DNA of 62,970 nt, filler included, from Octopus bimaculoides (taxonomy: Eukaryota), in NCBI RefSeq assembly GCF_001194135.2. It is 5 parts of 5 records of this genome, joined end to end, with 100 filler letters (N's around TTAATTAATTAA, not from the genome) between each part and the next. Parts side by side here need not be neighbours in the genome. Positions count along the whole stretch, not along the records: positions 1 to 28,079 come from NC_068998.1; 4 more parts are not named here. One strand, written 5' to 3'. Shown in pieces: positions 1-14,164 of the stretch. The number at the start of each line of letters is the position of its first letter. Within the stretch, counting starts at the first letter, position 1. The notes under the pieces were generated by a model that had not been told where the DNA came from, ran no database searches, and saw only the letters and a program-made list of their open reading frames with translations. The position numbers and the translations under genes are program-made.

Positions 1-42
<42 letters not shown>
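1..42. repeat. (TA)n microsatellite
   Basis: Perfect TA run at the window start. Confidence 0.95.
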
Positions 43-46
<4 letters not shown>

Positions 47-269
47 TCTGTCTGTTTGTCTGTTTGTCTTTCTCTCTATCCACTTACCGATATACGTTTA
101 TGCGTGTATTCCCGAAGAGTAATTGCAATCCTCCTGATTCTAATAATCTACATTTATAACGAATTGCATGCATAAAACCTTTTATGAATTCTGTTCTATG
201 TTTCTGCCAAAAGGAAGAGTGATTATAACTGGTCCTCCGTCAGTCACGACGACGAATGTTCCAGATGAT

Positions 270-523
270 CCGATTAACGTGCAAGTGGCTGAGCACTCCA
301 CATATACTCGTACCCTTAACGTAGTTCTCAGAGAGATTCAGCGCGACACAGAATGTAACAAGGCTTGCCCTCGTGAATTACAGGTACTACTTGTTATCTG
401 AATGAACTGGAGCAATGTGAAATAAAGTGTCTTGCTTAAGGACCCAACGCACTGCCGGGTATCGAACTCATAACTTTATGATCATGAGCCGATTACCTTA
501 ACTACGAAGACACGCGCCTTCAC
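270..523 (-). mobile_element. tRNA-derived SINE, family B (CORE-like)
   Basis: Minus strand reads a tRNA-like head with B-box GTTCGATACC, then gcaagacactttatttcac (similar to the MIR/CORE block). Homologous to copies at 28803, 33445 and 45715. Confidence 0.8.
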
Positions 524-911
524 GGAACGGTGATTAGGGTCAGTTGGGTACCATTGCGACATCTGTTCCACTCATCTGGAAACAAGTTTTTTTTTTTTTG
601 TCTTTTAGAATTTGTCTTATTTTATTTTATATGATATTCTTGCAGTTAAGGCTTTATAGGCTGTCGGAAGTGAGGTCCAGTCCCTGTTGAGGGTTGGTGT
701 CCTGTGAGCCAAAATGACCGCGAGGGTCATTTAATATTCCGACTGTATCAACATAATAGGACTAAATTTTTATTGTTCTTTATGAATTTCGTTAAGTATT
801 CTCCTCAAATTACTTTAAATATTTCTTATTAAAAAGCAATAATGGCATAAAAGAACGATGAAATTATAGCTTTTATATCAAGATTAAAAAAAAATAATAA
901 TACTTTTTGAT

Positions 912-1023
912 TTTATTTATTTGTATACATATGTATTTGTTTATTTATTTGTATACATATGTATTTGTTTATTTATTTGTATACATATGTATTTGTTTAT
1001 TTATTTGTATACATATGTATTTG
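912..1023. repeat. 28-bp minisatellite, 4 perfect copies
   Basis: Unit TTTATTTATTTGTATACATATGTATTTG; each unit holds the 12-bp palindrome ATACATATGTAT. Confidence 0.9.
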
Positions 1024-1569
1024 TTTATTTATTTGTTTATTTGCTTGTTTGTTTCTTGCTTTCTTTTTTTTTATTAAGTTACTTATTTAAATATACATCG
1101 ATAAACTTTATTTATCACAATTTAATTGCAACGAAAAAAAAAACATAAAAGGAAAAAAAAAACGCTTTGGATTAAGCAGCAGAAGTTTACACAATAGGGA
1201 TCGATAAATTATCAACGATTCCATGACAAGGTTAAAGATATATAAAATCAGCAACCTCTGATCCACGGGAAGATTCTTTATTCTCTGTAATTCTTCAATT
1301 AATTCCTTTTTTTAGATTTTTATGGTTTTGACCTCCATCTGTAGAATTTCCCAGTCTTAAATCTTCCATTTAATTTTTTTGGTTTATTTTGATTTGTTAC
1401 GGTTATTTTATCGGTCAATATTTCGTAAATGTTCAGGGGCTTAGATTTGTCGCGTATTGTTGTAAAATTTATTCATTTTGGACCTGTTAATTCTATTTTC
1501 ATTAAAACACATTAAAAACATGTTTTTGTCAGTAGGACTGAACGTCGAAGTTGATGTAAACAGCCTAAC

Positions 1570-1704
1570 CATTTTGGGGATAACATATTGGAATGTCATT
1601 AACAATTTTGTCTTTGGCGCCTTTGCTTTGACAGCCCATCGAGTATATATAAATGGTTTGTCAGGTAACAGAGTAGCGACCGTGGTACAGCTAATGTCAA
1701 CAAG
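1570..1704 (-). CDS. Candidate internal exon of an unrecognised gene (LVDISCTT...VIPKM, phase 0-0)
   Basis: ctcctgcag acceptor, 45 open codons, ATG|GTTAGG donor. Splice sites are only moderate and I recognise no homology. Confidence 0.15.
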
Positions 1705-2589
1705 CTGCAGGAGCTTACGTCGGCTACGGAATACGACGATTAATTTAACCTACTATTGTTGCCGATACACACCTCACAGCGACATTTTTTTGTTAAGGAT
1801 TAAATAAAGATTTTAGTATTTGGAACACACAAACCTTTGGTCTTCTTTCGACCAACCAAATATTTTGTCATTAAAAGTATATTGTCGTAGTTTTCGTTTT
1901 TGGAGGGAGTGTCGCTGTAAAATATGCAGAATAGAAATACATTTGTATCGTGTCCAGTTGTATCTGTTCTGTTTTATTTACGAAACTTGAAAATAAAATG
2001 TGGTCGTTTATTGAGATAGTCATCATTGTGACGGCACCGGTTTACTAGTTTTTGTGGGCGTATAGCTTTTGCACACGTGATTTTCATGTTTATTATAATC
2101 AAATTCAAAGTACACGTACCCTCATTATTAACAGCCTCGGATTGAATAACACACCACGTCATCTATTTGTATTATTTGAAATATTCTGTGTGTTATTGAT
2201 GGTGGTCGCAAATAAATCGCTCCTACGTTGATATGGGCCGTACATTAAGTGTTGGTTTACACGTGGTAGATGACATAAACAAATGCTGTAAACATTTGTA
2301 ATAAATCAATCATATTTTATAGGGGTTTATCAATGCATTTTACAAGGTATCTTTTATACAATTATTTTTCAAAAATTTCATCATTGTTTCTTCGATTCGA
2401 CTTATTGTATAATTTTTTTTTTTTTAATCTACGTTTCGAAGTTTTAACTATAAAGGAAGCGACATCTAAGACTGTTGAAGCATTTAATTTTAGCTTCTCT
2501 AACATAATTTTCAAACACAGTCGAGAAACAATTACTTATGTAAGTCGTTCGTCGGTTTCGTTCTTGTTAATATTCGGCAGATAATACAA

Positions 2590-2820
2590 GGCAGCGAGCT
2601 GGCAGAATCGTTAGCACGCTGGGCAAGATGTTTTGCGGTAATGCGTGCGTCGTTACATTGTGAGTTCAAATTCCGCTAAGGTCGATTTTGTCTTTCATCC
2701 TTCCGGGGTCGATAAAACAAGTACCAGTTTAGCACTGGTGTTGATGCGATCAACGAGACCCCTTCACACAAAATTTCAGGCCTTGTGCCTATAGTAGAAA
2801 GGATTATTATTATTATTATT
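2590..2820 (+). mobile_element. tRNA-derived SINE, family A
   Basis: Head GGCAGCGAGCTGGCAGAATCG (A-box-like), GAGTTCAAATTCC (B-box), body gtcgat/agtaccagtt, tail ttgtgcctatagtagaaagg(att)n. Confidence 0.9.
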
Positions 2821-2823
2821 AAT

Positions 2824-3035
2824 GCGGTGAGCTGGAAGAATTGTTGGCACACCGGGCCAAATGCTTAGCGGTATTTCGTCCGTCTTCACGTTCTGAGTTC
2901 AAATTCCGCTGAGGTCGACTTTACCTTTCATTATTTTGGGGTCGATGAAATAAGTACCAGTTACGCATTGGGGTCGATGTAATTGACTTACCTCTTCCCC
3001 GCAAATTTCAGGCCTTGTACCTATAATAGAAAGGA

Positions 3036-3070
<35 letters not shown>
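2824..3070 (+). mobile_element. SINE family A, tandem with the previous copy
   Basis: Same head, body and tail; begins right after the (ATT)n tail of 2590-2820. Confidence 0.9.
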
Positions 3071-3072
<2 letters not shown>

Positions 3073-3463
3073 GCAGTGTGTGTGTGTGTGTGTGTGTGGT
3101 TTATTAGACCCGCCACGTGTAGTCAGGTGTCAAACGACTTGTTTTAGCACAGCTGTCAAAGGAAACACAATAGCTAAAGGTGTTGAAAAAGATTCCAGGA
3201 TGTTTAATTCCTTTTGTTTGTTTTTTTATTTAAGCAGACAGCAGTCGAAGAGGTGCGGGAAAAAGATCACAAAATAAAATGAACAAATAAAATCTATATA
3301 CATACATGCGTACATATCTACACACACACACGCCTGCGCACGCGCACATGTATATATAAAACGTACATATATATGAATATATGTATGTTTATATAATATG
3401 AGAAACACACACGTAACATTGATATATACATATAAATATATGTCATACATATTTATAATATAC

Positions 3464-3515
<52 letters not shown>

Positions 3516-4200
3516 CTCTCTCTATATATACATATGGACATATATGTTGATATATGTGTGTGTGTGCGTGTATATGTGTGTGTATGTTCATAAATCTGTT
3601 GACCCATATGTATATATATATATATATATATGTGTGTGTATGTGTGTGCGTTATAGATACACACTCATACTCTCTCACACACACATTTAGATATTTGTAG
3701 AGAGAAAGAGAGAGAGAGAAAAAAAAGGAGAGTGAGAAAGAGAGAAGGAGAGAGAGAGTTATATTTAAGTTTTTTTTCTTGTTTATTTGTTGTTTGAACT
3801 TCAACTTTGAAGAAAACCCAAGTTCCTTAAATTTCTCCATTTTTCTTGTAAACAGAAAAGAATGGTTTTGTGGTTTTTCTTTGGTTTTTGTCTCGTTTCT
3901 TCTTTAATCCTTTTACTTCTGCCGAAACAGGCTTTCACACACACACACAGACACACACACACACACACACACCAGTGTTTTCCCTTATGCATATATGTTA
4001 ATATGTGCGTTTATANNNNNNNNNNTATATATATACATACATACATACATACGTACATACATATGCATACACACACATACACTTAGTGACGGTTTCTATC
4101 ACACACCAAGACATATTCACGTAGACACACACATACAGTCTCTCTCTTTCTAACGCGCGTACGCACACACAAAGATACACATACACACATTCTCACTCTC

Positions 4201-4231
<31 letters not shown>

Positions 4232-4285
4232 AACAATTCTTACATCAACAATTTATAGAAAATCTTCAGGGAGAAATTTACTCAC

Positions 4286-4324
4286 GTTAAACAAGTTCTT
4301 CATAATTGGTGTCAACTCCATAAC
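4286..4324 (-). CDS. Candidate 39-nt exon (VMELTPIMKNLFN, phase 0-0)
   Basis: tttgtctctcgaagcag|G acceptor and AAC|GTGAGT consensus donor; open frame. Could also be a first coding exon from the ATG at 4321. Confidence 0.3.
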
Positions 4325-4533
4325 CTGCTTCGAGAGACAAATATTATTTACAGCTGTTTCGCTAACACCAATCTTTGTTGTTATTGCTGTTGTTGTTGAG
4401 GATCTGTTTTGCAGCGAATTCTGGCAGTTGTTGTTGTTGTTGTTATTGTATTGGTTTCGTTAAAAATTTTTTTAAAACAAAAATTATTTGTTTTTATTTT
4501 TTCTCTTTGTTTTTTTTAGCAGGTGAACGTTCA

Positions 4534-4542
4534 TCACGTGAC
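4534..4542. promoter_or_regulatory. E-box (TCACGTGAC, USF/CLEAR-like)
   Basis: Motif match only, about 210 bp upstream of the minus-strand candidate exon. Confidence 0.2.
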
Positions 4543-4769
4543 TTCGCTACATTTAACAGCTTAGTCTTCATCAAATAGACAAGACTTCGTTCCCGGTTCA
4601 TCCACCTTCCCCTTCACATGCCCCTCCTCCTCCTCTCCTTCTTCCTCCTTCTCGTCTTCCTCTTCACCATCCCTTCGTCATCATCATTACGATTATCCTT
4701 TCGGGATCAATAAAATAAATATCTGTTAGTCGTGAGATCGAATTGCTCCTCCTCTAAAAACTACCCATT

Positions 4770-4870
4770 CTTCTTCTTCTTCTTCTTCTTCTTCTTCTTC
4801 TTCTTCTTCTTCTTCTTCTTCTTCTTCTTCTTCTTCTTCTTCTTCTTCTTCTTCTTCTTCTTCTTCTTCT
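4770..4870. repeat. (CTT)n microsatellite
   Basis: Long perfect pyrimidine triplet run; source of the poly-F and poly-K ORFs. Confidence 0.95.
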
Positions 4871-4893
4871 TTATTATTATTATTTTTATTTTT

Positions 4894-5140
4894 GGTGAAT
4901 TGGCAGAATCGATAGCACGCCGGGCGAAATGCTTAGCAATATTTTGTCCACTATTGCGTTCTGAGTTCAAATTCCGCCGAGGTCGACTTTGCCTTTCATT
5001 CTTTCGAGGTCGATAAATGAAGTACCAGTGAAACACTGGGGTCGATGTAATCGACTAGTCTCCTTCCCCAAAATTTTAAGAGCCTTGTGCCTAGAGTAGA
5101 AATAATAATAATAATAATAATAATTATTATTATTATTACT
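4894..5140 (+). mobile_element. SINE family A
   Basis: Full head and body with tail ttgtgcctagagtagaa(aat/att)n. Confidence 0.88.
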
Positions 5141-5234
5141 GTTACTACAACTGAACCATATTATTTGCTGTTTTGTTTGAGATACAAAAGGACGATTTCT
5201 GCTGGTCAGAACAGATCGTCTTGTCGCAAGGATT

Positions 5235-5352
5235 AGGTCAACCCGAGGCTTTTTTGTAGAAGTCACTTGCCTGAGGTACCACGCAGTAGAACTCAATCCA
5301 GAATCATACAGATGGGAGGCAAACTTCATACAACACAGCCACACCTGCGTGC
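5235..5352 (-). mobile_element. tRNA-derived SINE, family C (head fragment)
   Basis: Minus strand reads gcaggtgtggctgtgttg...ctcaggcaagtgacttctac; homologous to 31721-31870 and 53062-53155. Confidence 0.7.
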
Positions 5353-6809
5353 GTACGCCCCTCTCCACAAACACACACATATATACCTACATATAGAGGT
5401 AGATATTGAACAGGTACAAAAAAGAAACACCTGTTCTGGTGTAATATATAATATTAAAAGATTTCAGTGAAATCAAGAGAGCTACAGTGTGTCTGTTTTA
5501 TTCTTCTCTTGTCATAAAAGTTCCACCTCACTAGATTTAGATCGTAGATTCTCAGTTTTTCTTATGCCTTTATCTGAGATCAATACTGAATTTAGCAACC
5601 CGTCCTGTCTTGGCGATTTACTACAAGCTGTCGTGTAATATCTCTGTTACAAATATCGTGTTTGGATTTATGTCAGCCGACCGACGACGAATTAATACGT
5701 GTACTCGTCTGTCTATATATCCAAAGCCTCACCCAGCCCCCCCCCCAAAAAAAAACAAAAAACAATGTTCTGTTATAAACAAAACCCCCCAAAACACCTG
5801 TTTTTATATAAACAAGCTAGATTTCTGTATCTTCAGTTATATTTGAAAAGTTCGAAAGACGAACGAAAGCGCTAATATATGTATACAATAAATGAAAGAA
5901 GTTATTCCAAAATTCTGACGACTTTTTTTTCAATANNNNNNNNNNNNNNNNNNNNNNNNNNNNNNNNNNNNNNNNNNNNNNNNNNNNNNNNNNNNNNNNN
6001 NNNNNNNNNNNNNNNNNNNNNNNNNNNNNNNNNNNNNNNNNNNNNNNNNNNNNNNNNNNNNNNNNNNNNNNNNNNNNNNNNNNNNNNNNNNNNNNNNNNN
6101 NNNNNNNNNNNNNNNNNNNNNNNNNNNNNNNNNNNNNNNNNNNNNNNNNNNNNNNNNNNNNNNNNNNNNNNNNNNNNNNNNNNNNNNNNNNNNNNNNNNN
6201 NNNNNNNNNNNNNNNNNNNNNNNNNNNNNNNNNNNNNNNNNNNNNNNNNNNNNNNNNNNNNNNNNNNNNNNNNNNNNNNNNNNNNNNNNNNNNNNNNNNN
6301 NNNNNNNNNNNNNNNNNNNNNNNNNNNNNNNNNNNNNNNNNNNNNNNNNNNNNNNNNNNNNNNNNNNNNNNNNNNNNNNNNNNNNNNNNNNNNNNNNNNN
6401 NNNNNNNNNNNNNNNNNNNNNNNNNNNNNNNNNNNNNNNNNNNNNNNNNNNNNNNNNNNNNNNNNNNNNNNNNNNNNNNNNNNNNNNNNNNNNNNNNNNN
6501 NNNNNNNNNNNNNNNNNNNNNNNNNNNNNNNNNNNNNNNNNNNNNNNNNNNNNNNNNNNNNNNNNNNNNNNNNNNNNNNNNNNNNNNNNNNNNNNNNNNN
6601 NNNNNNNNNNNNNNNNNNNNNNNNNNNNNNNNNNNNNNNNNNNNNNNNNNNNNNNNNNNNNNNNNNNNNNNNNNNNNNNNNNNNNNNNNNNNNNNNNNNN
6701 NNNNNNNNNNNNNNNNNNNNNNNNNNNNNNNNNNNNNNNNNNNNNNNNNNNNNNNNNNNNNNNNNNNNNNNNNNNNNNNNNNNNNNNNNNNNNNNNNNNN
6801 NNNNNNNNN

Positions 6810-6870
<61 letters not shown>

Positions 6871-7361
6871 TATTTGTATATAGACATATCCATTCATATG
6901 TACACATGAATTTATAGACATTAGTTATATATATATTCGTTATAAGTATTAAATTTAGATCGAATATATATGATACATACACACACACACACACACGCTC
7001 ACACACATAAACACACACACACACACACACGCACACACACACATAACTAGATAGACGCAAATATGTGTATTTCAATACATGCATACATATATTACATGCA
7101 TGTACATAACATGCTTATATATGTAAATATATAGATATATGTGTGTGTGTGTGTATGTATGTATGTGTATGTATGTATGTACGTATATATATAAAAGCAT
7201 GTTTATATAAATGATTGACTAAGCGCAGGTGTTACTCTGCTTAATCTTGCATCCCTGTTGTAGAAAGAACTCTCGCCTGGGAAGCTTGCAACATTCAGCT
7301 GACGAATAATTTATAGAACAAGTGCCAAATACACACACACAGACACACGCATACACGCACG

Positions 7362-7454
<93 letters not shown>

Positions 7455-8020
7455 GCACACATATATGTAAGCATAAATATATTAATTTTAAAGAAAACAA
7501 CTAACTGTCTGTCTGTCTATCTATCTATAAACATGCGTAAATTTGAGAAGACGGGCTCATATTTGAAGTTGTTGTTTATGTTTTAATATTTTAAATATTA
7601 ATTTTTAAAATTCTATAGATTTATTAAATCGGCGCAAGGCCATGTTTACATTTTATACATTTTTTTATGTGGTTGTAATGGTGGATGCATGTGAAATAAA
7701 ACATATCGATCTTGAGGTCATTTTATCGACCCCAGAAAGACAGACGTTATAGGTGACCTCGAAGGATATGAACATACTATTGATCAAGGAAGAAAGATAT
7801 CGTTTAAGAAATATGTTTGCTATCAACTAATAGAGCCACATAATACTGTGTAACCAGGTGTATGGTAGACATGTTATTGCCTAAAACAAAGATTAACGTA
7901 ATTCATATTGAAGATTTGCAGCTCTGTAGCAAAGTTGTGCAGGTAGAACCATTTGGATGTTTTCGCCCCACCAATACGCGATATATTGATATATATATAT
8001 ATATATATGTATATGTATAT

Positions 8021-8057
<37 letters not shown>

Positions 8058-8149
8058 GAGAAAGAGAGAGAAAGAGATAGAGAGAGAGAGAAAGAGAGGA
8101 AGAGTTCAAAATCATACCAAAAACTAATGATCAGTGGGAGAACAACAGG

Positions 8150-8250
8150 CAATGTGTAATAGTTTGACACTTAGAAAGAATGGAAGAAGTCTTTGATGTT
8201 TCGAGCCTACGCTCTTCTACAGAAAGGGATTAAGAGAGAAAACAGATGGA
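8150..8250 (-). ncRNA. Dispersed repeat with minimal hammerhead-like fold, copy 1 (core 8191-8226)
   Basis: Minus: CUUU-CUGUAGA-A-GAGC-guag-GCUC-GAA-ACAU-C-AAAG. Stem I CUUU/AAAG and stem II are intact; stem III is ACAU instead of ACGU; core position 6 is U, not A. Confidence 0.45.
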
Positions 8251-8466
8251 AGCAATGACTTAGCAGTTACACACACACACACACACACACACACGCGCAC
8301 ACACACACATATATGTATATATATATANNNNNNNNNNNNNNNNNNNNNNNNNNNNNNNNNNNNNNNNNNNNNNNNNNNNNNNNNNNNNNNNNNNNNNNNN
8401 NNNNNNNNNNNNNNNNNNNNNNNNNNNNNNNNNNNNNNNNNNNNNNNNNNNNNNNNNNNNNNNNNN

Positions 8467-8532
<66 letters not shown>

Positions 8533-8727
8533 GGCACAGATATATAGGCAAACGTACATCCATCCATACATGTGATATAGACACAATTACATACATATAT
8601 CTAACATACATTGATACACACACACACATACACACGCACACACACATGCACACGTACACATACACAAGCACATACACACGTACACATACACACACATTCA
8701 CACGCATCCTTTTACTGTTTCGTGCAG

Positions 8728-8804
8728 TTCTCCCCGATGGTATATAATGTTATATATTGTGCCAGACTAGCCACACACCATTCCGTTCCTGCCCACCACT
8801 GCCG
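8728..8804 (+). CDS. Candidate 77-nt exon (FSPMVYNVIYCARLATHHSVPAHHC)
   Basis: ccttttactgtttcgtgcag acceptor, CCG|GTGAGT donor, one open frame; no homology recognised. Confidence 0.15.
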
Positions 8805-9644
8805 GTGAGTGACCTTTACACGACAGATTTTCTAGGAGCACAAGTATATTTTAATCAAGGATAGTTCTAATTATTATTAGATTTGTGCAGGTTCCCTTGG
8901 GGACCTAACCGACTGAGTGTTAGGGGACAGAGGTGAGGTATGTATGTATATATGTATGGATGTATGTATGTATGAATGTATGTATGTATGAATGTATGTA
9001 TGTGTGTGCGTGTCTGTCTGCGTATCTCTCTATCTATCTAGCAAGCACATAGTGTATGTGTGTGAGAGAGAGAATTCGCTCTCTTTCTGTCTGTCTCTGT
9101 CTGTCTGCCTGTCTCACTCTGTCTCTCTCACTCTCTCTCTCTCTCTTTCTATATATATTTTTATATATACATATACACATCTACATATACATGCATACTT
9201 GTATTATTCTCAAACTTCAAGTGACTAACATCCACATGGCAGAAACGGTTGCGGGATAAACCGAAGAGAATCAAAGAGTCGGAGATATCGACACGTTGAG
9301 GGGTGGGGGTGGGGGTGGGGGCGGTCTTTCTCTCTCTCTGTTCCCCCACTTCTCTATCTTTCTGTACATGTGTGTGTGTGTGTCTATTTATGCGTGTCCA
9401 TATGAGTAAATCTATACGTGTATGGTGTGTCGACGTGTTTGCCTGTGTGCGTATGTGTTTGGGAGAACCGCCAATGTGGATATGTCGTTAAGTCGTTAAT
9501 TTGTGTGTGTGCACGTGTATTTTTGTGTCTACATGTTTGTGTGTGTATGTGTGCATGCATGCATGTGTGTGTATGTGTGTGTGTGTGTGTGTGTATGCAT
9601 GTGTGCATGTGTGTGTGTTTGAAAAGAGAAGGGAGATAACAATT

Positions 9645-9946
9645 ACTTGTGTGGCAGCAAATTACAGAAAGGGGGCATTGTTTGGCTGGTGGTGGTAGCG
9701 GTAGTGGTGGTGGTGGTGGCAGTGGTGGTAGATGTGGTTGTAGTGGTTGTGGTGATGGTGGTAGTGGTGTTGGTAATGGTTGTGGTGCTGGTAATGATTG
9801 TCGTGGTGGTAGTGGTAGTTGTGGCGTTGGTGGTGAAGGTGATGTTGGTGGCGGTGGTAGTGGTGGTGATGATGGTGATGGTAACGAAGTTGGCGGTGGT
9901 GGTGATGGTGGTAGTGGTGATGGTAGTAGTGGTGACGGTGGTGGTG

Positions 9947-9978
<32 letters not shown>

Positions 9979-10020
9979 GGTGGTGATAGTGACAGTGGTG
10001 GTAGTTTTAGTAGTTGTGTG
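9645..10020. repeat. Cryptic (GGT/GTA/GAT)n triplet tract
   Basis: Degenerate triplets; explains the poly-T, poly-V and poly-G ORFs. Confidence 0.9.
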
Positions 10021-10504
10021 ATAGTCGGCGATGACAAACAAATATGAAATCCATCCTGCACTCCAGCCATGACCAATACGTTTACTATATAAAAGACATA
10101 GCCATCCTTATGGAAAACAGTAATGTGTGATTCAAGGGAATTCGGCTTCTGTTTTTAGCAAATCGAACGACCGCACACAGAGTCACCCTCCCCCACCGCC
10201 CCACCAACGTTGCCAAGCAGTTTTGTGATTGTTGCTGATGTTGTTGTCGTTGTTGTTAGAGAGTGCAGTGTATGTATGTAACCTTTGACATGACCTCACC
10301 TGCCCATCACTTACACCGACCCCCCGACCCCCGACCCCGCCATCAGATGCAGGTCAGCTTAATTAGATTAGAGTGGTTGCATTGATTGTTTCATGTCTCG
10401 TAACCAGGAACTGAATGTAAGACACACGGACGTGTATCGGGTACCGGGGTGGGTGGGGGTGTTGCTTTGGTTGTGTTGTGTGTGTATGTGTGTATATGCG
10501 TGTG

Positions 10505-10585
<81 letters not shown>

Positions 10586-10745
10586 AAGAGAAATTGTTGG
10601 GGTATCGAGGAGGAGGTAGAAATGGAGTAGATGGTAGAGATTATAGAAAGATAGATATAAAGACAGACAGACAGACACATAGATAGATTGATGGACTGAT
10701 AGATAGATAGATTGATGGACTGATAGATAGATAAATTGGTGGACT

Positions 10746-10792
<47 letters not shown>

Positions 10793-10809
10793 TGATAGAT
10801 TAATTGATT

Positions 10810-10847
<38 letters not shown>

Positions 10848-11309
10848 CTGAGAGATAAGCAGATAGATAGAAAAGCAGACAGACGTGTATATATATATAT
10901 AACGAGGAGGAGAGAGGAGAGAAGAAAGAGGAAGATTGAGAGAGTAGGAAGGAAACGGCGGGAGAAAGACAGAAGAGAGTAAGGGAGTAAGTATCTATTT
11001 ATCTCTACCTTGTTTGGCCCCTCTCCATTCAGACCATTGACAAACAGCATGTGTTTAGTGTGTAGAGGAAGGCCGGTGCACACATATTGAACAAAAATCT
11101 ATCGTACCCCTGCCCCACAACATACATACGCATATGTATCCATTGTGCCCCCATATATACACACACACACTCATCTAGTGTACCTGCACTTATACACACA
11201 CCTCTATTGTCACAAGCATTTACCCACGTCACACCAACTTTCATGTGATTAACAGATGCCGGGCAAATTAAAAGCGGACATCTTTCAGATTGGTATTAGC
11301 ATCACACAA

Positions 11310-12075
<766 letters not shown>

Positions 12076-12230
12076 CGGTGTTGATCCACATTCAGCAAAT
12101 CGCTTGAAACCGAGGCAAGTCCATCACACTAGAATCACGTTAACCATTTTTAAAGACACAGCAAAAAAGGCCTTCAATTCACTTCTTTCTTTCTTTCTTT
12201 CTTACTTTCTTTCTTTCTTTCTTTCTTCAG

Positions 12231-12334
12231 AGTACTGTCTGTTATGAAGAGTCTAAAAGATTCGTCGTATTTCAGTCCAAGCCAGCTCAAGATCGGTGAA
12301 GCTAAACAAGATTGGTTCTTGTTTATAGAATTCG
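12231..12334 (+). CDS. Candidate 104-nt exon (VLSVMKSLKDSSYFSPSQLKIGEAKQDWFLFIEF)
   Basis: (CTTT)n tract ending in CAG, open frame, TCG|GTAAAC donor. The acceptor may be a by-product of the microsatellite. Confidence 0.2.
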
Positions 12335-12437
12335 GTAAACAAATGATTTTCTGGCGCGTGCCGATGTCTGCTAAACCGATAATAAATCACTATTGAGGAC
12401 GGAGAACAGCAGGACTTAATATTCATTCTTAATTTAA

Positions 12438-12542
12438 GGCGGCGAGCTGGCAGAATCGTTAGCATTCTGGGAAAAATGTCCGTCTTTACGTTGAGTTCAA
12501 ATTCCGCCGAGGTCGGCCTAAATCCTTTCGCGGGTGATAAAA
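12438..12542 (+). mobile_element. SINE family A, internally deleted and 3' truncated
   Basis: ggcggcgagctggcagaatcgttag...gagttcaaattccgccgagg. Confidence 0.8.
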
Positions 12543-12643
12543 CCAATATACATTCTTAATACATCTGGCAGATTCAACCGGCTACAGCTTTGACTGAAGT
12601 GACACAACCAAATGGAAACATCGGTGTCTCAAAATCCGCTTAC

Positions 12644-12678
12644 CTCAAGGAACCTAATACGTTGGGAACACATGTTGC
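12644..12678 (-). CDS. Candidate 35-nt exon (NMCSQRIRFLE, ends phase 0)
   Basis: acttctcttttcag|G acceptor and GAG|GTAAGC donor, both near consensus. Confidence 0.3.
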
Positions 12679-12956
12679 CTGAAAAGAGAAGTTGCTCTGC
12701 GAAGAGCAAGCACAACAGTGATTAGCATATTCACGTTCGAATTTGCCGGAACGTAACAAGAATGAATCCTTATGTCATTGTTTTAGCTTTCGCTTCCCTC
12801 CATGCAAATAAGAATTTATGAATTTGCTATAAATTCTGTTTGCAGTTAGAGGAATGGAGGAATGGTCGGTGACCTGTGAAACGTGTCCTGGTAATCTCCT
12901 TTCTTTTTTCTATAACTACTACACCTACCACTAAAAAAACAACCAGAACAACATCA

Positions 12957-12992
<36 letters not shown>

Positions 12993-14099
12993 NNNNNNNN
13001 NNACACACACACACACACACAGTTGCATGGATGCCCGCACACATATGCACACACATACAAGCACAAACCCACGCACACTAACACACGTACAGAAGCATAC
13101 ACGTGCGTAGTGTAATATACACACGTACATGCATTGAAAGGGGAAGAGAAGAAGAGAGAGAGAGAGAGGCAGTGAGTGAATGAATAATAGAGAGAGGGAG
13201 AGAGCGAGTGAGTGAGGGAGAGAGAGAGAGAGAGGGGAGAGAGTAAGCAACTGATAGAGGGAAAGTTAGAAAAAAGGGAAATAGAAAGGCGTGTATGCAC
13301 GTACATTTCTAAATACATACATACNNNNNNNNNNNNNNNNNNNNNNNNNNNNNNNNNNNNNNNNNNNNNNNNNNNNNNNNNNNNNNNNNNNNNNNNNNNN
13401 NNNNNNNNNNNNNNNNNNNNNNNNNNNNNNNNNNNNNNNNNNNNNNNNNNNNNNNNNNNNNNNNNNNNNNNNNNNNNNNNNNNNNNNNNNNNNNNNNNNN
13501 NNNNNNNNNNNNNNNNNNNNNNNNNNNNNNNNNNNNNNNNNNNNNNNNNNNNNNNNNNNNNNNNNNNNNNNNNNNNNNNNNNNNNNNNNNNNNNNNNNNN
13601 NNNNNNNNNNNNNNNNNNNNNNNNNNNNNNNNNNNNNNNNNNNNNNNNNNNNNNNNNNNNNNNNNNNNNNNNNNNNNNNNNNNNNNNNNNNNNNNNNNNN
13701 NNNNNNNNNNNNNNNNNNNNNNNNNNNNNNNNNNNNNNNNNNNNNNNNNNNNNNNNNNNNNNNNNNNNNNNNNNNNNNNNNNNNNNNNNNNNNNNNNNNN
13801 NNNNNNNNNNNNNNNNNNNNNNNNNNNNNNNNNNNNNNNNNNNNNNNNNNNNNNNNNNNNNNNNNNNNNNNNNNNNNNNNNNNNNNNNNNNNNNNNNNNN
13901 NNNNNNNNNNNNNNNNNNNNNNNNNNNNNNNNNNNNNNNNNNNNNNNNNNNNNNNNNNNNNNNNNNNNNNNNNNNNTATATATATATTTATACATACATA
14001 CATAGAGAGAGAGAGAGTGAGTGAGAAAGAAGCGTGGAAGATTGAGGAGAGCGATGTGCTTTAGAAGAAAGGGGGTAGGTTGGGGGGTCAGGTAAGTAG

Positions 14100-14164
<65 letters not shown>

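Noticed and set aside
5817-7084. Long ORFs over N runs (also near 13.2-14.2, 23.8-24.6, 25.3-26.4 and 30.4-31.6 kb)
   Set aside because: They are translations of assembly gaps.
9299-9322. (GGGGT)n G-quadruplex-forming run
   Set aside because: Real motif but a common simple repeat with no functional context.
9643-10047. Gly-, Thr- and Val-rich ORFs resembling mucin or shell proteins
   Set aside because: Open in several frames on both strands because of triplet microsatellites; no splice or homology support.
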